Numbered from the stretch's first letter, positions 12,301 through 23,131 are shown. The stretch is 37,841 nt of DNA from Catajapyx aquilonaris (GCA_000934665.2 JYFJ02003763.1:1-37841); one strand, 5' to 3'. A program made the numbers and translations. Notes: generated by a model from the letters alone, not told the origin.

Positions 12301-15300
12301 AATATTCCGGCTACATTTTGGGTTGCTGTAAGTCAAAGTGGTCGCCAATTTTAATTTAATGTGTATAGTTATGGGAAGTCAATTTAAATATTTATCTTAA
12401 ATTGTACTCCAGTATACGCTCAATGGGAACTGGAAATTGAATAGTTTTGTCTTCGAAAATAGCGAAGAAAACTACTGTTCATCTTACTCTGGCATGTCCA
12501 CACGGGGCAGCATTTCTCTGGATCGTCTTCAGGTGTGCATTCTAAGGTTGCAGGCGGATCTATACATTCAGTCAAGTCGCAATCTTCGAGCAAAACTGTC
12601 GTCAGTTTTGTTTCTGCAAACCAAAACGCATTTTTAATTAGTGGTTGATTATTCTTTAGGTTGACAAAGTGAGAACATGGATCATTCAGTAAAAATGCCT
12701 ACATTCTCAGAAAAAATATTAGTTGTATTTCCGATCCACGCAAGTTTGACCAGTAACTTCTGAATACCTCCGTATACACTGCACAAAACTGATATGATTT
12801 CACACTTTTTATCAATAATAGTTTAGACACAACATTACCTTGACAGTCCCACTCCGGGCAGCAGTCTGGTTCATCAGCAACCTTGCACATGTATTGTTCC
12901 GATGGCTGTAAACACTTTTGTAGTTGGCATTCTTCAATCTCCACGGTGTAATTCTTTGGTCCTGTAAATAGTAAAACATATATACTAATCCGATTTGTAA
13001 CTAGTCCTGTCAGTATGACACCAAGTATTTCAAGTTGATACATACTCTCACATGTCCATTTGGTGCAGCAGTCTCCTCCTTCAGGAACTGCTTCACATCT
13101 GAGCGATTCAGGAGAAGGAAGGCAGGAAGTGGTGAAACACTCGTCTCCCAATGCTGTAAATCAGAGCATTGTATATGTCAGGGCATGTCAGTTACTAGGA
13201 AATAAAATGTCTTACCATTTATGGATAAGGCCATCACTCGTTTCTCTGTGGAATGTATTTTGTTATTAGATGAATGTATGCTATGATTTTTTAGGGATAT
13301 GTGCAGAGTAGTTTGTAACACTTTTAGAACTAGCAATTGAAGATATTTAGTCATGGACACCTAGGCTGCGGTATGATAATCAAGCCAGTTGCTAAAGCAA
13401 TATATTACAGTTTCTAAAGAAAATACTTGGAAACACGTGATCCAATAAGACATAACGTCAAACTATCACATCCCGAGGTCATTTCAATGTGACTCGGATC
13501 GTTATACATTCATGCTTTCAAATTATTAGGTGCTGTTACAATTGAAATATTTATCTCACTCAGAGGTATTTTGCTTGTCGAACAATGTACAATGAGAAGA
13601 AAAATATTGGAGGGACATAATTGACGTTGTCCTTAGAAAACCATTACCCAAGGGCAAAACAGAAAAATCTTTCTTCCTCCAAATTTTGTCTTTTTTGCAT
13701 TTTGATAACGCTGAATTTCTGCTTTTCAGAGATACTTCTTGATTAAATTATGTCTACCGCTTGAGAAAATCATTTTTCAAATGTGTAAACACCATTTTGA
13801 CGTGCCATTCCCACTTGTGACATATATGGATATAAATCATTTTTATGAAACATGTTGAATCTATATCTGTGCCTTAGAAAAGCTCGCATTACAATTAATT
13901 TATCTTTTGATTCTCTCTCTCAGCTACAGGAGCTACAGGACATACTCTGCACATGTCTCATCTCCTGATTTTGACTGATAATGTGTTTATTATTTTAAAA
14001 AAGTCCTTACCTCGTTTTACAGGTTTCGGTGGAGCCGCTGAAAAATAACAGGATAATTAATTATAATTTCATCATTAAATTTATTGTCATTGACGCTGAA
14101 ATTCAGCTTACCTGGTGCTGGAAAAAAATGAACAATTCTGATAAGTGATTTTATCCCAACATTGCACCTGATATAATAACGGGTGATGCATCAAACTCAC
14201 CTACTGCGACCACTTCGACTTCTTCAATTTCTAAATCCAATTTGTCTTGGAATGCAACGTCTTGTGTGTGAGTCACATCCACTTGAACATGCTCCACGTT
14301 AACTGCAGGTATATGTTCTTCCCAGGCATCGAAATTCATTCTTTCGAGGGTGTTTGCCTTTTTGACCTTGGTGGTTTTGGTTTTGATGACGTCCATCGTG
14401 AAGCTTCCGTCAACTGCTCCCGACATCGCCGACATCCCGGACATCCCGGACATCCCGGACATCCCGGACGCATGCATCCCGGACATCCCGGCCATTCCCG
14501 CCATTCCTGCCATTCCCGCCATTCCTGCCATTCCCATTCCCATCCGTTGGCTGCTTCTTACTTGGTGGGTATTAACTACTTGATGCTGCTGTGCTTCCTG
14601 TTCCCCAGAATCTTTGTGGACATAGGCCATACTCATGCTGGATCTGTATGCCTCTCCAGGTCTCCGTTCCATTTGTGTACCGCTGCCGCTGGCACCCATA
14701 ACCGAAGCGTAGGGCATCTCAACTTCACCGAAGCCGCCTCCTTTTCCTGCAAATGTCTGTAAAAGTTCTCCTCCAGGTCCATAGCCACGGCCTAAGTCAT
14801 GAGAATTAAGTAATTAATTATTATTATTAATTATATTTGAATATACAAAATATTTACCTGCAGCACTGTTTGACGATCCTCTGCGGGTTTTCTCTGGATT
14901 AAAAAAAAAATCAGAATTGTGTAAAGCAGTAACTTTAAATTTGTTAAATTATTACTCACCGCCAGTTAATAAAGACGTTCTCTCTTCTGCAAGTTACATG
15001 AAATAATAAATTTGTTATGAGACTGTTTCATTGTTGCATTATTACAAGTGTGTTACTGCCAGCTCAAATTTTATGCCGGATCGTTAAAGTACCACATTTG
15101 CATTGTGGCTGTGAGAGGTGGGAAATTCAATAAGCTTTAGGTTCATTGTAATCTCTAATATATCTCTGAGGATCGATGTGCCATTTCATAATTTTTAGTG
15201 GAAGTTGTTGCTAATTATATCAGTTAAATATGTCCCGTTTTTGCCGTTTTTGTCCGTTTTTGCATGGCCACATAATTATGTCATCGATGGTGCCTTCTCT

Positions 15301-16107
15301 TGTAACCTCCGGGACAATTACGGGATGGTTCACTTTTTTTATAATGGAAACAGACTCTTGCTGCCTTAGTTATCCTTATCCTCGGATAATGCGTCATACG
15401 AATTTCACTTTCTGCTTTACCACTGTGTGTTGGGGGGAGGGGGCTCTCGTGTAACTGAGAAGGATCTTAGAAGAGATAACATCTGATACCCTTATGCAAC
15501 AGCTTAATATGAATGGTCCATATTGTATGGCACTATCACTTTAAAATTCTATTTCACTGAATATTTCCCCTTCGTTAATAATTCCTCGAATTATAATGGC
15601 AAATTCAATGCTTTAAAATTATAGATCGAATATTAATCTGGTTTTGAGACTCCCCCTGTTCTTCATATATTTCTTACGGTATATTATAACATTTAAGCCC
15701 GACTTAAGCTACGAGTTTCCCTTCTCTTCAAACGGACCCACCAATTGGTCGTTACTCAAATGGTCTAACCGGCATGAAACTTAGCTCATGTACAGCATTT
15801 GAACAAACTCAACCTTTCGCACTGACGTCCATATTCCAGGCTCGTACACCTAGTTCAGGTCCTTCTCCTAGAATCAAAATAAACACTTGACTTACAACAC
15901 TGCCTCAGTATAAAGTTGAGTTGATATTTCACACTGACCTTCCTCTTCCTGAGCACCCTTTCCACCTTTTTTTTGTCCCTTTGGAGAACCTTTCTGTGGT
16001 CCTCCTTTGCGTTTGTCTGCATAAGCATCTTGAAGGAACAGGCAGAAAACGAGCACAAGACACAGGGTATAGGTGGCGTTGAGCTTCTTCTTCTTCCAGC
16101 CCAACAT
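3025..16107 (-). CDS. Gene A: giant secreted cysteine-rich modular protein (54 exons, ~2,427 aa, 42 Cys modules); family not recognised, VWC-C-half-like repeats
   Basis: Exons read manually, all AG/GT-bounded and phase 1, summing to 7284 nt with no internal stop: 16107-15939, 14986-14960, 14893-14858, 14791-14201, 14117-14112, 14037-14011, 13245-13216, 13153-13046, 12961-12839, 12613-12488, 12325-12200, 12119-11994, 11824-11702, 11639-11514, 11451-11326, 11261-11136, 11077-10952, 10833-10708, 10650-10525, 10457-10332, 10267-10142, 10077-9952, 9883-9626, 9560-9447, 9385-9260, 9189-9055, 8993-8871, 8813-8682, 8614-8477, 8420-8286, 8230-8102, 8035-7904, 7844-7638, 7435-7304, 7222-7031, 6972-6841, 6753-6562, 6490-6359, 6264-6070, 5993-5862, 5791-5612, 5537-5403, 5347-5210, 5096-4992, 4923-4789, 4718-4578, 4506-4399, 4315-4181, 4100-3960, 3881-3720, 3645-3499, 3424-3281, 3213-3106, 3041-3025 (GRGRG-stop). 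Signal peptide MLGWKKKKLNATYTLCLVLVFCLFLQDAYA|D. Confidence 0.88.
6291..6356. repeat. (AAT)22 microsatellite in a gene A intron
   Basis: Perfect trinucleotide run directly adjoining the donor GT at 6358-6357. Confidence 0.97.
14201..14791 (-). CDS. Gene A exon 4: Cys-free low-complexity domain with (GMA)n(GMS)n repeat
   Basis: 591 nt open exon between ttag| and |gtgagt: GRGYGPGGELLQTFAGKGGGFGEVEMPY...MGMGMAGMAGMAGMAGMAGMSGMHASGMSGMSGMSGMSAMSG...DKLDLEIEEVEVVAV; overlaps ORF 14151..14717. Confidence 0.85.
14420..14545. repeat. Coding 9-bp tandem repeat (Gly-Met-Ser / Gly-Met-Ala)
   Basis: (gacatcccg)n and (gccattccy)n on +, encoding GMS/GMA on - within gene A exon 4. Confidence 0.9.
15939..16107 (-). 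CDS. Gene A exon 1: signal peptide + Gly/Lys-rich N-terminal segment
   Basis: Basic n-region, hydrophobic core LCLVLVFCLFL, A-Y-A cleavage motif, then DKRKGGPQKGSPKGQKKGGKGAQEEE; donor G|GTCAGT, phase 1. Confidence 0.85.
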
Positions 16108-17783
16108 GCCGCCGACTGTGCTGTAACTGAACGAAATTTAGCCAAAGTGTAGAGTTCACAACAAGAACAATGCACAATCCATGCATGTATCCATTTACGT
16201 AGCAATGCTGAGACAATAGGAACCTATACACATACAGTATGTCTATCAGTCTTTAATCAGGATATAAAATAAATCACAATGGCTATCTTCTGACGCTCTG
16301 CCTTTTTCCCCCTCCCTCTCTTGACCCCAAAGAATTCAATACTCTATCATACGAGTGGACGACGACGAACAATTTCAATACTCATGGAATTATCTGCACA
16401 TTACTGCCACCGCCTCAGAAACGGTAGCACGTGGAAGTTAGGCATAAATGGCACTAGGTTATACCTTTTTAGACATACACGTCACGTAGAAGTGACTATT
16501 GTTTTATTCCGGATCACCTACGTATATTCCGACAGGATCACACGTCACAATAAACTGCACTGCAGAATAACATATGGTGTGTTGAGTAGGCTCTAGTTCT
16601 TTTTTTACCTGGCAAGGGTGCGGAGGTAATGAGCTGCAATATGAAATTTCACACTACTTATGTCACGATAATGATAGTTCTGATGTCATTTGGGGTCGAT
16701 TCATTTGGTATCAAATTATGGCTCCTTTAAGGATAAATGTGTAATTAATGTGTCTGGCATACATCATTCTACTGACCGATAGAATGGAACTTACAGGCTA
16801 TTCTGTCCTCTTAATGGTGCAGACTCGATACCCGGAAGACAGGGACGGGCCTTTAATTATGATTGATTACACAACAATAGATGATATGAAATTTTTTGGA
16901 ACCAAATTGATTATGCAACCATGTTAAACTACAGTAGGTTATTTAACGTCAATCACATCACACAAGACGTTAGCTCTGACGTAAGAGAATGCAGGCATTA
17001 TATGGTCAACTTAATAGATAACGCGACGCGACAGTTCTCAGAGAATTCACTTCTGGAATCTATACCACTCTTCACATTCCCATCAATGGAAATGGGGAAA
17101 TTAAGTTATCAGTTGGCATAATGGACATTTTAGATAGAATATTAAATACAAAACACATGTATGCAAATGTACAGCATGCCTCAATATCAATTTACATTAA
17201 AAATCACAAGCACCTGAGTTAATATTTTCATTGCCAGTTGAATGTTTTTAATGAGATATTGTTCTCTTCACGTGTCGCAGCGATTCCCTCCTTTGTGTAT
17301 GCAACACTTGATGCATGAAACAAAGGTGGGACGGATTACTTTGATTAAGGCTATGATTAAACTGCCATATGAAGGTGGGTGTAATATACGACTATAGAGA
17401 TGAGTCGTAATTTACTCGTATAGGCTATTACTTAGCTTGTCGCGACTGGATTAATGTACTTGCACTATTTTGAAAATTAATCATTGTGCCAAGTCTTTGC
17501 AATAGCTTGGCAATAGTCATTAAAAACACTAGACTAGAACATTCTCAGGAGAACAAAAGTAGCAATTTATTCCGGATCTTTCTAAGCTAACTTCGCAATT
17601 CCCGTGATAGCAAAAAATATATCCGCAAAAACACGCTTCTCAAAACTTACCGAAACATTGATAGCGAGAAATCTTTGGCTAATGTCTCTAATGAAATGAT
17701 CAAATTTTAAAAGCATACGGCATTGCGATGAGGAGCTCCGTAATGAAATGGCCTATAGGAAAGAATCATAGACCATTTTGTTT

Positions 17784-17883
<100 letters not shown>

Positions 17884-19479
17884 AAAGAGTAGAATTTCAT
17901 TGGTATACTCTGGCAGGTATTTTATTTTATTGTAGTTGTGTAGTGTTCATTTGTCATTGTACAACTTTTATCGGTCGTTTTTAGATAACATTTATTAGCA
18001 CTTAATTTTTACTACTGATGAGAGTGTAATGGGGTTGTAGACTCTGTTTGAGCCACCACCTTTTATGCTGTAGCTACAGTTATGTTCTTAACAATCATCG
18101 CATGCATTGGTGGCATTTCAAGCAACAAACGAACACGCAGCAATGAACGGCCTGCAACAGTAGCCAATACAAATTCTTCCAAAAATTAGCTCTGACGTCA
18201 CGTGTGACGATTCAGTAGCAAACAGAACACTACATACTATAGGCACCAACTTGCCAAAATTTGGCAAAAAAATAAGGCAAAAGTGCGAAAGTGGAGAGAG
18301 AAAGAGCGACATCCGGCAGTTAAGGGCAGAAGTATGACCGTGAAGTGCAGAAGTAACGAGTATTATTGACAAACAATGACCATCTCTGCTATTCAAACAG
18401 TTCATTTGAAATGGTACCTATAGTATTTTATTATAACAAGCTGCGAGCAAGATATGTAAAGCTGGCGTATAATTATGTCCTGCAAGAAAATTGTATTTGT
18501 AAATACAGTGAATAAGACAAACTCAGATATCAGCAATTTATTTTATACAGTACTCTACAGTTAATGAGTCACCCTGAAATTTTGCCTAGGTAAATACACA
18601 AAGAGTAATATATTGTAGTCCGTTTGCCTTCTTTTTTCGATAGGCTACTACGAGTACATACTCCCGTTCTTTTACGGCTTCTGGTTTTTATAGATAACTA
18701 AAATCAAATCCCAGAAAATGGATATAAAAATGTCCGCATAATTTGATACAGTCATATTTTAGAAAAATAGAATGCACCCTATTTTCCGTATTTTTTTCAT
18801 ATTTTTAACGACTCAGAGCATAGCCACCTGATTTGCAAGTTCCGGGGGCGGTGTTGCCATACGTCTTGCAAGAAATGCCATGATTGTCAAATAATGTTTT
18901 TCGCCATATTCGTCGTTACCTGTTGGTATCACGACCCTTGAATCTCTCACCCTTACATTCTACATTTGCTTCAGGTCAGGGGTCGATTTTATGCGACTGA
19001 AAAAAATCATCGTAGATGAGAATTTTATTTGCGATATAAATAATGTGGTTTATTATTTTTAATCAGTCCAATGCACAAGGGACACAATGAGACGTGCTTT
19101 ATGGACGACATCTAGGTAAAAAAATTATTGATGGTATGCCCTGAATATATATGCGAAATCTATTAATATCTATATGCGAAATGATTGATATTTTTTACTG
19201 GCTGACTCCCCACGTATGTAACGTAAACTTCAGTGTTTGTGTTTTTGCAGATTCGTTATGTGCGATTTCAGGTAGGTTTTTTGATGACATGTGCCATATG
19301 CTACCATCGGTACAGCTGAAAAGAAACGGGAAATAAGAGTTACTTTCTCTTGTTCTTCCTTGTTGTACCACACCCTGTAAATGTTTTTTCTTCTTCTTTA
19401 AATCCAGGCATCATTGTTCTGAGCTTCTGCAATTTCTGTAAGATACATTCGGTTGGTTGTTGGTTATGGGAGCCAAAGC

Positions 19480-19660
19480 AACTATAGACATCTGGCTTAG
19501 GGGGCTTAGAAGGTTTTTTTTTTTTAAATATGGGAGGAAACAAAAGAGCCCCGAGAAGACCCACGAGAACATAGGGAGAACCTCTGAAAACTCTTTCCAT
19601 TTGAGAATCCTCTGTCTGACCCGGGGATCGAACACGGGACCTCAGAGGTGGAAGGTCCTG
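19480..19660 (-). mobile_element. 5'-truncated tRNA-derived SINE with V-SINE-like central domain
   Basis: Minus strand: B box GTTCGATCCC, then GAGTTTTCAGAGGTTCTCCCTATGTTCTCGTGGGTCTTCTCGGGGCTC...GTTTCCTCCCA, resembling the conserved V-domain as I recall it; A box missing, the adjacent MITE starts where it would be. 3' boundary approximate. Confidence 0.6.
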
Positions 19661-19664
19661 TATA

Positions 19665-20002
19665 CAGGGTGTCCCATCTTTTTTGTCAGAACAGTTATCG
19701 GAAAATTGCGCATAGCTGCTACTTTTTAAGCAGTGACTTGCAACCGGTGATTTGTCGGAGGAATGGGGAATGGGGAATGGGGAAAAAGAGGGTCATACAT
19801 CCCATGACATGTGTGACCCTCTTTTTTCCAGGTTTGACCTTCAATTTTCAGCGGCGCCACTTCAACCTACGATTCGCAGGGAATATTCCCCGTTCCTCCG
19901 CAAAATCACCGTTTGCAAGTCACTGCTTAAAAAGTAGCAGCTACACGCAATTTTCCGATAACTGTTCGGACAAAATCAATGCCTCATTTTGGTACCCGTG
20001 CA
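19665..20002. mobile_element. Tc1/mariner-like MITE with ~90-bp inverted arms
   Basis: TA|CAGGGTGTCCCA left end; arms ~19682-19770 and ~19885-19976 (AACAGTTATCGGAAAATTGCG...AGCTGCTACTTTTTAAGCAGTGACTTGCAA and its reverse complement); right terminus degenerate. Confidence 0.75.
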
Positions 20003-20083
20003 TTTTTCAGGATTTAAATTTTTTTACACAAATCGGTTATGGACTGGGATATGTATCAGACACTACTACTTCATTTTTCACTC

Positions 20084-20089
20084 TTTATT
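20084..20089 (-). promoter_or_regulatory. Candidate polyadenylation signal, gene C
   Basis: AATAAA on minus strand ~145 nt after the stop at 20235. Confidence 0.45.
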
Positions 20090-20234
20090 TTTTGAAGTAA
20101 ACCATATTAACATACTACTTTTTGTGAGAGGCGAACATTAATTAGTGAAGATATTTGGTACCACTGGAACCTCAAGGAGTCTTGGCTGAATTCACTCCTT
20201 GGTAGGAAATAATTATTCTACAATCACCATGTCC

Positions 20235-23131
20235 TCATTTTACTAGTCCTGACAAGAGGGCATCCATGCTATGTCCAGCAGTGTTTCCGTCCCTATTTGC
20301 CTTTCCTGCACTTATTATTTTTGAGAATGCATTCATTAGAGACTTTGGAGCTCCCGATTGTTGGAGGCCGGCTGCGTGCGGATCATCATCCGGTTCGTCT
20401 GACCCAAACCCTTCTTTGCCGTATTTCAAAAGCCCGTCAGTTGGCCCAAAGCCCTTACCTAATTAAAAACGTTATATATTAGTGTTATCACAATTATTAC
20501 CAAGAAATATTGTGCAGTAGTTCTTACCTCCTGAGCTGAATGACGATCCACTTTTTTTTGTTCCTGTTTTGAAGGTATTAAGATAAAAAAATACAGTGCA
20601 ATACGTAAGTAACCCGATTGAAACCAGAGCGTTAATTTCAATTTCAAAATGAGGTGGAATTTATGGTTTCAAAAATGACATCAAAGGATATAAGCACATA
20701 ACTTGAATCGAAAATAGTCAATGCCTAATAAATGAAAACTTTGTCAAACGTAATTATTTGATCCTCATTACATCTTTTCAACATTGTACAGTTGTGGAAA
20801 TGAATGGAGAAGTACAAGTATCGCCTGCTGGCTGAGTTTTTCCGTTACATGAAGCAGCTAAATGTAAAGGAAAACTCCGCCAGGAGGCGATACTTGTACT
20901 TCTCCATTCATTTCCACAACTGTATGGCCGCAAGTGTACCGCGCAATTTTATGGGTCAAAAATAATTCAAACTGTAGAATGAAGGTAGTATGTGGTCCAG
21001 GCCTTAAAATGTGAAGAAGACAGATATGAAAAGAGTCACTCCTTCATTATTTTTTAACTGTGACACTCCACTCAAAAAACAAGTTTGGCTCTAAAAATCG
21101 GGCAAAAAATCCTGAATCCGACGGTGCAATCCGTTTTTCGCTACGCGGAACGGTAATCCCAGGGCGAGGTGTCAAAGTGTGTCGTCTGCTAATGAGCGGC
21201 GCCGCCACGCGGGGAACAGGGGAACTGGAGAGCTACACCGCTCTGGGATTGGCCAGTTCTCAAGGTCCCGAGGGCGTCGCTGGCAGACGGGCAGCTTCTA
21301 GCGCACTATTTGCATTTCCCCACTTTGACCCCTCGCCCTGGGATTACCGTTCCGCGTAGCGAAAAACGGATTGGACCGTCGGATTCAGGATTTTTTGCCC
21401 GACTTTTAGAGACAAACTTGTTTTTTGAGTGGAGTGTCCCTTTAAGGATTTGAGTGTGGAAAAAATTATACGGTATAACAGATATTCCGAAACATCATTA
21501 AGTTAACACAGTTATTCTCAATAAAAACTCAGTGCTGGAGTTACCTACAAGACTGGTTTCACTATGTTTGCCATACCACCTAACTTTAGAGACCAAGTCC
21601 AAACTGGGTCCTACGCGAGACTTACACCGGGTATAACAACGAACCACTGTTGACGGAAAGACTTTCATATCGGGAGACCGAGTGTGGCAGGGCCGCAGGG
21701 GTGTGGGCACGCTGTACCAATCTATCCCATGACTTAACTTTTCTTTCCGGCGGATACACGCCTATCTTTCAGCAGATACAAGCCTATAGGAAAGTAGGTA
21801 AAAGTGCGGGATCTCCTGATATGAAAACGTAACCCTTCACATGTCGCCACCAATGATTTTTCATTCCGATTGCCCCGTAGCATCATGTGGTACAGTTGCG
21901 GTCGAACAATTATGTATACTTTTCAGAGATGGTCATTAAATTGGTAACTACATACCATTTCATGCATATTGATCGTATTGTACATTACTCACCGGTAGCC
22001 GAATTTGTTCTTTCATCTGTGGTTCATGAAACAGAAGACACGGTATGATCAAGTACTGTACACGTCATATTATCTACTGCAGGGGTTCGGGAAATTAAGT
22101 ACTATATCGCCCAAAAAGATAGAACCGATTTTGCATTTGACTCAAGTGCAACTTGCACTTGAATCAAATGCCAAATCGTCTCTATCTTTTTGAGCGATAT
22201 AGTACATGACCGGTCCAACGAGGGGTTGTGGCTGACAAAATCCAGTATAACCAACATAGAATGGCGGATCTCGCCTCTTGGGCTTCCCTACTATTGGATT
22301 AGTCAGTCAAAAGTCCAACATAATGTTGTGAGAAAATTGAAATGTGGTAGGAGGAAAGTCGACAAAATCGGACCCCCAATTGGTTTTTCCAGTATAACTT
22401 CCTAAATGTTAAAGTTCCACTTAATTGCTCGATGTCAAAAGTTAAAAGTGGCTATAACAAAAATCCACGTAAATATTCCAAGTTAATGGCATTTTAAAAT
22501 TTAGTAAAAGTCTTTCGCACACTTTCTCCTCGCTTCCCCCCCGGAATTTGGGGGCTTTCCTCTACTCATAGGTACCTCGTCAGACCGACCATAATTATGT
22601 TTATGCCAGTGAAGACAAAATAGCATTAGTCCTATGTCACAGCTTTGTCACTGACATGCACACGATTTCTTCACAAGGTCTCATCAGTTGTCTTCTCAAC
22701 TTTTATGTCTAATTGAAGTACTTACAATACTGTGGCATAGGTGAGCATATTCACTGGCAAGAAGCAATAGAGCAGAGTATAACATTTTTGGGGCAGTTCT
22801 AATTGAGAAGAATCGTAACCTTTGATACGAGCTTTCATTGACCATGCCCGAGCTTCCAGTACTGCTTCACCATCTGAAAAGTATAAAAGATCTTTTCAGA
22901 TTAACTGCACCTTTTTACTTACCACGATTCTTTCATTTCTTTCATGAAGTCAATGTAAACTATGGAAATACTGTAGCCGATGCTAGATTCCAGAGACACG
23001 ATTTGTCACCCTTTGCGATTCGCACCCTGAGGCGGATCATCTTCTTCTGCATACGCATACTGAAGTAGAAGACAGGACACGAGCACAAAACGCAGGGTGT
23101 AACTTGGCTTCAGCTCCTTGCACCCCCACAT
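20235..23131 (-). CDS. Gene C: short secreted paralogue (129 aa) matching only exons 1-4 of gene A
   Basis: Exons 23131-23026 (MWGCKELKPSYTLRFVLVSCLLLQYAYAEEDDPPQ; donor G|GTGCGA is the weakest link), 22016-21993 (DERTNSAT vs A EERTSLLT), 20563-20528 (36 nt, GTKKSGSSFSSG vs A 36 nt EKTRRGSSNSAA), 20458-20235 (GKGFGPTDGLLKYGKEGFG... vs A GRGYGPGGELLQTFAGKGGGFG; ends LLSGLVK-stop). 390 nt in frame; AATAAA downstream. Confidence 0.75.
20789..20922. mobile_element. Tc1/mariner-like MITE (134 bp hairpin), gene C intron 2
   Basis: TA|CAGTTGTGGAAATGAATGGAGAAGTACAAGTATCGCCT...AGGCGATACTTGTACTTCTCCATTCATTTCCACAACTG|TA; 38-bp perfect TIR plus TA duplication. Confidence 0.9.
21058..21441. mobile_element. 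Kolobok-like MITE, gene C intron 2
   Basis: TTAA at 21054-21057 and 21442-21445; ~120-bp TIRs (GACACTCCACTCAAAAAACAAGTTTG...CCCAGGGCGAGG.GTCAAAGTG); right end reads TTAA|AGGGACAC on the minus strand. Confidence 0.82.
21663..21827. mobile_element. Probable decayed small TIR element
   Basis: TTTCATATCGGGAGA-CCG ... CGGGATCTCCTGATATGAAA inverted pair; no clear target duplication. Confidence 0.35.
22099..22205. mobile_element. Palindromic MITE, copy 2 (same family as 1873-2000, opposite orientation), in gene C intron 1
   Basis: Near-identical reverse complement of 1873-2000 without the 22-nt duplication; GTAC at both ends. Confidence 0.85.

Noticed and set aside
3499..13153. CRISPR-like or prokaryotic repeat system suggested by ~190-bp periodicity
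   Set aside because: Periodicity is exon+intron repetition with protein-level, not nucleotide-level, conservation; GT-AG introns throughout.
14247..14762. Plus-strand HPG- and IPD/IPA-repeat ORFs
   Set aside because: Antisense shadows of the GMS/GMA coding repeat in gene A exon 4.
15050..15880. Probable decayed DNA-transposon sequence in gene A intron 1 (similar material at 17500-19300 and 22300-22700)
   Set aside because: Looks repeat-derived but boundaries and family cannot be defined without a library search.
22820..22960. Extra exons in gene C intron 1 (strong GTAAGT donor near 22922, acceptor near 22873)
   Set aside because: No homology to gene A and the direct combination creates a stop; left out of the model, though a 54-nt in-frame optional exon cannot be excluded.
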